5,428 nucleotides of DNA. Source: a virus. The stretch is from UHGV virus genome UHGV-0829476, one strand, 5' to 3'. The stretch's first letter is position 1, and every line of letters begins with the position of its first letter. Below, in pieces: positions 1-4,476 of the stretch. The position numbers and the translations under genes are program-made. The notes beneath the pieces are model-generated. The model ran no database searches, was not told where the DNA came from, and saw only the letters and a program-made list of their open reading frames with translations.

Positions 1-140
1 CAGGCGACGACAAAATCGACAAATCAATCGACATTATACGCAAATCTTGGTGGTATAGACACAAAGCTCGACACTATAATGCTGAAAAAATCCTTAAACT
101 AGCAGATTTGGCAAGAAAAATGAAAAAAAATGCCATTTAA
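1..140 (+). CDS. 3' end of the replication initiator (VP4/Rep) ORF, 5'-truncated by the window start; frame 3 is open from base 3 to TAA 138-140, about 45 codons, and continues the rep frame leaving the 3' end if the molecule is circular
   Basis: Frame 3 (bases 3-140) has no stop and no start and reads GDDKIDKSIDIIRKSWWYRHKARHYNAEKILKLADLARKMKKNAI*. The rep ORF at 4477-5427 leaves one base over (5428 a); joined to bases 1-2 (ca) it forms codon ACA, which feeds exactly into this open frame. Basic, K/R-rich tail consistent with a Rep C-terminus. Not in the ORF track because it lacks a start. Confidence 0.5.
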   Translation, partial: GDDKIDKSIDIIRKSWWYRHKARHYNAEKILKLADLARKMKKNAI

Positions 141-168
141 GGTTTCTTTAAGGTTTTTTTGCTATAAT
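136..168 (+). promoter_or_regulatory. Putative sigma70-type promoter with extended -10 (TGcTATAAT at 160-168), preceded by a tandem TTTAAGGTTT direct repeat (136-145 and 147-156); likely drives VP1 and the downstream genes
   Basis: Exact TGnTATAAT match at 160-168, about 54 nt upstream of the VP1 ATG. AT-rich upstream region. Lies in the only non-coding gap between rep and VP1. Confidence 0.45.
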
Positions 169-221
169 TCTGTATTGAAAACCGATTTTTATCAAGTTTA
201 AAAAAACTTTAAGGAAAGACA

Positions 222-1916
222 ATGAGACGCTCAAAACACAATTTAGGCTACACACACCTAACAACCATGGAAATGGGAAAGCTCGTGCCATTCATGTGGC
301 AAGATTGCCTACCAAACGACAGCCACTTCATCAGTTGCCAAGCAGTATTTAAGGCGCAGCCTATGATAGCGCCGATAATGCAAAAAATCCATCTCACGCT
401 ACAATACTACTTCGTGCCGTATCGCTTGCTGTGGGAAAACTGGGTAGAGTTTATCACAGGCGGAGAAAGCGGAGAAGCAACGCCGGAATTTCCCATAATG
501 AAAGCACCAGCAGGAGAAGGTATTAAACCTAACACACTCTTCGACTATTTCGGGCTACCAAACGGAAAACCTAATATAGAATTTAGTGCTATGCTCGCGC
601 GCGCATATACGAAAATTTGGAATGACCACTACAAAATCGATGATATAGAAACAGAATACCCGCTAAGCTTAGCTGATGGACTAGACACTGACACTAACAC
701 GGAGCTACTGAACTGCCACTGGGCAAGAGACCGCTTTACAAAAGCAAAACCATTTACACAAAGGGGCGCGCAGGTATCAGTGCCTATACAGCCTGCCATC
801 GTGGATAATTACGCCTACGGGCTTTATCTCATAAACATAACGCAAACGGGAGAAAGCACTAAAACAAAGCCTGCAAATGCCAATATCATCGGTAAAGCCT
901 ACGGACAAGACACGGTAACCAATTTCACTATTGAAAATCCAATAGCAGAAAATAATAACTATATTGATTTCAACTTTTACAGCCCAGCAAGTAGTGGAGA
1001 ACAATATGTCCATTATTACATACCCGTAAATGCTTCAAAAGGCGAAATATTAGGATATGAGAACTCACAAACGACAACCTTAATAAGCGAAAGCCACAAA
1101 ACTGAAGGACAAAAAATTACAAATTTAACAGCACAAGTCAAAACAACAACAATTCAAAAAATAAGCACGGGTAGAATCGGCTCTTTGAATATAAGAGACC
1201 TACGCATAAGCTCCGCACTACAACGCTACCAAGAAAAGAGCTTAAAAGTGGGCGCGGAATATGAGGATTTTTGCAAAAGCGAATTTGGCACTTATATAAG
1301 AGACAGTCGACTACAAAAAAGCGAATGGTTAGGCGGCTCTCAAAGTGTGTTACAAATAAGTGAGGTCATACAAAGCACAGACACAACAAGCCTACCGTTA
1401 GGAGCAACAGCGGGTTATGGTGTAGGACAACAAAGACAGCGCACGATTTATTATCGTTGCCCCGAACACGGCGTTATTATAGGGCTTGCGAGCATAAGAC
1501 CAGAAACACTTTACACGCAAGGCATAGACCGCGAGCTTCTAAAACGAAACCGCTTTGACTACTTCACGCGCGAATTTGTGGGTATAGGCGCGCAAGAAAT
1601 ACTAGAACAAGAGCTTTACGCAGATGAAACCAACAAAGAAAAAATCTTTGGCTATGATTTGCGCGGAAATTATAGAGAGTATTACGAACGCGCAAGCAAA
1701 ATCACAGGCAATTTTAGAACTGACTTAAATTTTTGGCATATGGGGCGTTTCTTTGAAAATGCACCTGTGCTAAATTCAAGCTTTATAAAGATGAATCCAA
1801 GAAAAGACGGCTTTGCTATACAAGATGATACACTACCAGCATTTCTATGCCACTTTCAAAATTTCATCTCATCGCGCAGACCGATACCGCGAAAAGTGCG
1901 AAATATCTTAAAATAA
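222..1916 (+). CDS. VP1: Major capsid protein VP1 (Microviridae F-like jelly-roll capsid protein, gokushovirus type), 564 aa
   Basis: RBS AAGGA at 211-215, 6 nt before ATG 222. N-terminal signature of gokushovirus VP1: G.L.P....(D/E)(V/C)LP.D.F......R..(T/A)P..P.M......FFVP.RL.W.NW..F, seen here as LVPFMWQDCLPNDSHF...YYFVPYRLLWENWVEF. Also DYFGLP, and further in LRISSALQRYQEKSLKVGAEYEDF matching the conserved LR.A..LQ.....ARxG.RY.E block. Length typical for gokusho-type VP1. The low-complexity N/T/I-rich middle (about aa 190-330) fits the variable surface insertion loop. Confidence 0.92.
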   Translation: MRRSKHNLGYTHLTTMEMGKLVPFMWQDCLPNDSHFISCQAVFKAQPMIAPIMQKIHLTLQYYFVPYRLLWENWVEFITGGESGEATPEFPIMKAPAGEGIKPNTLFDYFGLPNGKPNIEFSAMLARAYTKIWNDHYKIDDIETEYPLSLADGLDTDTNTELLNCHWARDRFTKAKPFTQRGAQVSVPIQPAIVDNYAYGLYLINITQTGESTKTKPANANIIGKAYGQDTVTNFTIENPIAENNNYIDFNFYSPASSGEQYVHYYIPVNASKGEILGYENSQTTTLISESHKTEGQKITNLTAQVKTTTIQKISTGRIGSLNIRDLRISSALQRYQEKSLKVGAEYEDFCKSEFGTYIRDSRLQKSEWLGGSQSVLQISEVIQSTDTTSLPLGATAGYGVGQQRQRTIYYRCPEHGVIIGLASIRPETLYTQGIDRELLKRNRFDYFTREFVGIGAQEILEQELYADETNKEKIFGYDLRGNYREYYERASKITGNFRTDLNFWHMGRFFENAPVLNSSFIKMNPRKDGFAIQDDTLPAFLCHFQNFISSRRPIPRKVRNILK

Positions 1917-1925
1917 GGAGACACT

Positions 1926-2354
1926 ATGGCAAATTTAAGTTTAATTGCGAAAATGCAGAACGCGCAGAAAAAGAAAATCAACGCTGAAAAGCTCGACTAT
2001 ACGCCTTTGGCGATACTAACACCACTAACACGAAAACCTGACACACTCGCACACGCGATCGAAAGAGTGTTAGGGCATTCGATGGAACAAGAAGCATACG
2101 AAACCTTAAGAGGCTGGGAATATGACGAACTTGATGAAAGTGATAGCGACTTTGCTGAAACTGATTTTAATGCTGATACCGACACTGACGCAGGACACTT
2201 CGCAGACCAAAAAATCACCAAAGCAGAACGAGACGCAGGAATAGTGAGAAAAGCAAAATTTGTTACCCCCGAAACCAGCAACGCACAGGCGAATGCACCG
2301 CTAGAGGGAGTAGGGGAGGACGAACCACAACTACCATTCGAGGAAAAAGAATGA
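1926..2354 (+). CDS. Hypothetical acidic protein, 142 aa; possibly an internal scaffolding (VP3-like) protein; a DNA-mimic role cannot be excluded
   Basis: Strong RBS AAGGAG at 1915-1920 overlapping the VP1 stop, 5 nt spacing to ATG 1926. The C-terminal half is strongly acidic (DELDESDSDFAETDFNADTDTDAGHFADQ). Stop TGA overlaps the next ATG (ATGA at 2351-2354), indicating translational coupling. Size and charge resemble Microviridae scaffolding proteins, but there are no diagnostic motifs. Confidence 0.75.
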   Translation: MANLSLIAKMQNAQKKKINAEKLDYTPLAILTPLTRKPDTLAHAIERVLGHSMEQEAYETLRGWEYDELDESDSDFAETDFNADTDTDAGHFADQKITKAERDAGIVRKAKFVTPETSNAQANAPLEGVGEDEPQLPFEEKE

Positions 2355-2545
2355 TACTTTGGAATTTAGACTATGACACTTGGCGCAAACTGTGGAGAAC
2401 TTATAAAGTTAAACCCTATGAAATGACTGGAGACCACGAATTCACCGAAGCAGTTATAAGAAGCTGCAAAACAGATGAGGAATTATTTCATAAATTTCAA
2501 TGGGAAACCATAGATGAAACATTTACAGAAAGGAGGAAAAAATGA
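2351..2545 (+). CDS. Hypothetical protein, 64 aa, translationally coupled between the 142-aa and 31-aa ORFs
   Basis: GAGGA at 2340-2344, 6 nt before ATG 2351. ATGA overlaps at both ends (2351-2354 and 2542-2545). Mixed-charge, W-rich sequence. No recognisable motif; possibly a VP5/protein C-like small replication or packaging factor. Confidence 0.6.
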   Translation: MILWNLDYDTWRKLWRTYKVKPYEMTGDHEFTEAVIRSCKTDEELFHKFQWETIDETFTERRKK

Positions 2546-2637
2546 ATCAAAGCACAAAAGAACGAATCAGTCTTTGGATTACCGCAATATGTGGAGCCAT
2601 AGGCACACTGTGGGAAATGATAAAAAATTTGATTTAA
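2542..2637 (+). CDS. Small 31-aa peptide with a single predicted transmembrane helix (MNQSTKERISLWITAICGAIGTLWEMIKNLI); candidate single-gene lysis or membrane-targeting peptide; below the ORF-track size cut-off
   Basis: Consensus RBS AGGAGG at 2531-2536, 5 nt before ATG 2542, which overlaps the TGA of the 64-aa ORF (ATGA). A hydrophobic core of about 17 residues (SLWITAICGAIGTLW) is flanked by charged residues. Stop TAA 2635-2637 sits inside the recurring ATTTAAGGTTT motif. Confidence 0.5.
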   Translation: MNQSTKERISLWITAICGAIGTLWEMIKNLI

Positions 2638-2642
2638 GGTTT
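2633..2642 (+). promoter_or_regulatory. Third copy of the TTTAAGGTTT motif, overlapping the stop codon of the 31-aa ORF; same arrangement as at 136-145 over the rep stop
   Basis: Exact 10-mer TTTAAGGTTT at 136-145, 147-156 and 2633-2642. The 12-mers cATTTAAGGTTTc and gATTTAAGGTTTg both embed the TAA of the upstream gene. Further TTTAAGG and CTTTAAGGA copies at 207-215 and 2712-2720, all intergenic. Confidence 0.4.
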
Positions 2643-2661
2643 GAAAAGTCAAATTTTAGAT

Positions 2662-2690
2662 TTGTTGTAACCTGGCGTTATATATAGACA
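2662..2690 (+). promoter_or_regulatory. Possible promoter for the 181aa-VP2-J-rep gene block (TTGTTG/TTGTAA -35-like at 2662-2670 and TATATA at 2681-2686); weak assignment
   Basis: AT-rich segment of the long intergenic region with TTG..., about 17 nt, then TTATATATAG. Followed by AAACTTTAA(A/G)G motifs as in the VP1 upstream region. Spacing to a canonical -35 is imperfect. Confidence 0.25.
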
Positions 2691-2815
2691 AGGGAAACTT
2701 TAAATTTAACGCTTTAAGGAACAATTAAGAAAACTTTAAGAAAACCAAACCAGACCAACCGAGCAAGAGCCGCGAAACTCCGTTTCATAAAGCGTTCTTG
2801 CGACGATGAATCGGT

Positions 2816-2911
2816 GTGAGACACTGCGCGCCGTCGTGGCGCGCTGTCTCACTCTTAACGCGCGGAATGTGCATCCTTACACCGCGCGACAATGCGGGCT
2901 GACCGCATTGT
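2816..2911. other. Cluster of three contiguous GC-rich stem-loops in the long intergenic region; putative ssDNA structural element such as a complementary-strand (minus-strand) origin, primosome assembly site or packaging signal
   Basis: Hairpin 1 (2816-2852): GTGAGACA-ct-GCGCGCC / loop GTCGT / GGCGCGC-TGTCTCAC, 15 bp with a 2-nt bulge. Hairpin 2 (2859-2888): CGCGCGG / 16-nt loop / CCGCGCG, 7 bp. Hairpin 3 (2889-2911): ACAATGCGG / loop GCTGA / CCGCATTGT, 9 bp. Local GC is far above the roughly 40% genome background. None is followed by a T-run, so they are not classic intrinsic terminators. Confidence 0.6.
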
Positions 2912-2924
2912 AGAAAGGCATTGA

Positions 2925-3470
2925 ATGATTGCAGCAGCATTACAATACGCAGCGCGTAGAATTTTACTAGGGGGTTCATCTTCAAATAGGCGTATGAGAA
3001 ACAAAGCTTCAAATGATACGCCAAAGAAATATGAGCTTACTCACAATATAAAGCGCGCAGTATTTGACGACCCAAGATTACAGTTCCAAGAGGATATCCG
3101 CGTAGATTTGGCTCGACATTTTGATAAACTCAAAAGACGCGAAAACAACAAATTATGGCGAAAAAGGTATAGTATAACAAGAAAAGAATATGACAAAGAA
3201 ATTTTAAAAAAACGAGAATCTCAAAAAGACAAATTAGACAAGCTAATAGATAAAATACCCTCCGTGCCCTTTTTAACTTCAAAAACAAAAAGAACACTAA
3301 TTCAGTATAAGAAAGATTTTGATATAATCACAGGAAAAAGAAAAATATGCGAACAACGCGAAATGACAAGAGCCGAAATTATGAGAATGACAGGCGGAAA
3401 AGGCCTATCAATAAAATTCGCAAACAAGGGACTTCTAAGAAGTATCATTTGTAAAAAGAAAAGGAGATAA
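2925..3470 (+). CDS. Hypothetical highly basic protein, 181 aa (K+R about 30%), with predicted coiled-coil and nucleic-acid-binding character
   Basis: AAAGG at 2915-2919 upstream of ATG 2925; an alternative start is ATG 2994. The long ORF is improbable by chance in AT-rich DNA. K/R-rich throughout (KRRENNKLWRKRY, KEILKKRESQKDKLDKLIDK, CKKKRR*). Its stop lies 1 nt before the VP2 ATG, and the VP2 RBS is embedded in its last codons, indicating coupling. No homology to the canonical Microviridae proteins is recognisable by eye. Confidence 0.6.
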   Translation: MIAAALQYAARRILLGGSSSNRRMRNKASNDTPKKYELTHNIKRAVFDDPRLQFQEDIRVDLARHFDKLKRRENNKLWRKRYSITRKEYDKEILKKRESQKDKLDKLIDKIPSVPFLTSKTKRTLIQYKKDFDIITGKRKICEQREMTRAEIMRMTGGKGLSIKFANKGLLRSIICKKKRR

Positions 3471-3471
3471 G

Positions 3472-4350
3472 ATGCCTTTAGTAGCAGGTGCAATACTGGC
3501 GAGTGGTTTAGCAAATATATACGCTAATCAACAAAACAATGAAACAAATTGGGCAAGACAGCAACAAATAAACAAGCTCAACTATCAAGCTCAAAAAGAA
3601 TTCGCCCAAAATTCAATTCAGTGGAGAAAGCAAGACGCTTTGCGTGCTGGCATAAATCCTATTTATGCGCTCAATGCCTACGGCGCAAATTTTAGCCCTA
3701 GCTTCCAAGCAACAGGTAATAATCCAAACGATTATTCATTTTTAGGACAAAGCGCAGTTCAGGCAGTTAGCGCATATCAGCAAACGCAACAGGCAAAAGC
3801 CGACAAAGCAAGCGTTGCGCTAATAAAACAACAAACCGCCACAGAACAGGCACGAGAGCTAGAAAGCACGGCTCGCGCAAGCCTTATGATAAGTCAAGCC
3901 GACCAAATCGCAAATTCCGCGACCAAAACACAACAAAAAGTAAATATATCTGCAAACTCTATCCAAAGCACGCAAAATTTAGCAAACGAAATGAAAAAAG
4001 TTTTCGGCTCATATGACATTCAAACAATAGGTACAGGCAGAATTTCAGTAACTGAAAACAAATCGCGCACAGCTCAACAAAGCAGCGACAGCGAAATTAT
4101 GTCGCATATAAACGAATTAAACACACATAGAAACCGCAAACAAGCCATAAAAGAGCAACTCGAATTTTTAGGAAAAAAAACGGGCTATGTATGGAAAGAA
4201 ATCGACGCGGGACTATCGACTTACGATTTTGTAAAAACAAACCAAAAATACCGCACAGCAACACAAAAAAAAGCCGATTTTGAAAGAGCGATGAAAGAAA
4301 GCGACAGACTTTATAAAGAACACATAGAAAAATACGGAAGATATGACTAA
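3472..4350 (+). CDS. VP2: Minor capsid / DNA pilot protein VP2 (gokushovirus VP2, functional analogue of phiX174 H), 292 aa
   Basis: RBS AAGGAG at 3461-3466, 5 nt before ATG 3472. Hydrophobic N-terminus (MPLVAGAILASGLANIYA). The Q/N-rich segment and the RKQDALRAGINPIYALNAY block match the conserved gokushovirus VP2 motif (....AGLNP.LA). The C-terminal two-thirds is a Q/A/S/T-rich low-complexity, coiled-coil-like region typical of pilot proteins. Confidence 0.85.
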   Translation: MPLVAGAILASGLANIYANQQNNETNWARQQQINKLNYQAQKEFAQNSIQWRKQDALRAGINPIYALNAYGANFSPSFQATGNNPNDYSFLGQSAVQAVSAYQQTQQAKADKASVALIKQQTATEQARELESTARASLMISQADQIANSATKTQQKVNISANSIQSTQNLANEMKKVFGSYDIQTIGTGRISVTENKSRTAQQSSDSEIMSHINELNTHRNRKQAIKEQLEFLGKKTGYVWKEIDAGLSTYDFVKTNQKYRTATQKKADFERAMKESDRLYKEHIEKYGRYD

Positions 4351-4379
4351 ATCTAAATCTAAGAAAGGAGGAAAGCCTT

Positions 4380-4448
4380 ATGCGATGGTATCACACAAGA
4401 CGCAGACGCGCGCGCGCATTAAGACGAAGACGAAGACGAAGACGATAA
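4380..4448 (+). CDS. Tiny arginine-rich peptide, 22 aa (MRWYHTRRRRARALRRRRRRRR); putative DNA-binding/packaging protein analogous to phiX174 J and gokushovirus ORF8; not in the ORF track
   Basis: Consensus RBS AAAGGAGG at 4364-4371, 8 nt before ATG 4380. 15 of 22 residues are Arg. Located between VP2 and rep. Ends TAA 4446-4448. Confidence 0.6.
   Translation: MRWYHTRRRRARALRRRRRRRR
4422..4445 (+). repeat. Perfect tandem hexamer repeat (AGACGA)x4 encoding the poly-Arg tail of the J-like peptide
   Basis: agacgaagacgaagacgaagacga read directly from the sequence. Frame 3 gives RRRRRRRR; frame 1 gives DEDEDED. Confidence 0.9.
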
Positions 4449-4476
4449 ATTACTTCGCAAGGCTAATTTTAAAAAA

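Noticed and set aside
777-1013. 78-aa minus-strand ORF inside VP1
   Set aside because: Antisense to a very well supported capsid gene, with no RBS and a low-complexity translation. The same reasoning applies to the minus-strand ORFs 1997-2281, 3302-3514, 4774-4971 and 4845-5093.
2619-2660. AT-rich 8-bp inverted repeat (AAATTTGA...TCAAATTT) after the 31-aa ORF as a terminator
   Set aside because: The stem is weak (all A:T), the loop is long (about 16 nt) and the T-tract is modest. It cannot be distinguished from chance in AT-rich DNA.
2816-2911. The three GC hairpins as rho-independent terminators
   Set aside because: None is followed by a T/U run on either strand, and they are contiguous rather than placed at gene ends. 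A structural role in the ssDNA is more plausible.
2785-3024. 79-aa ORF on the minus strand spanning the intergenic hairpin cluster
   Set aside because: It is created by the GC-rich palindromes, which are open in both orientations. Microviridae encode all genes on the packaged strand, there is no RBS, and it overlaps the start of the 181-aa + strand gene.
3440-3480. Possible programmed frameshift fusing the 181-aa ORF to VP2 through the A-rich tract AAAAAGAAAAGG
   Set aside because: VP2 has its own strong RBS, ATG and a hydrophobic N-terminus typical of independent VP2 proteins. Going from frame 3 to frame 1 would need a +1 shift, and there is no recognisable slippery heptamer or downstream structure. 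Simple coupling is sufficient.
4423-4476. Upstream extension of rep in frame 1 through the hexamer repeat (it would read DEDEDEDDKLLRKANFKK-)
   Set aside because: Frame 1 is open from 4423 but contains no ATG, GTG or TTG start before 4477, so the acidic reading of the repeat is an untranslated by-product.
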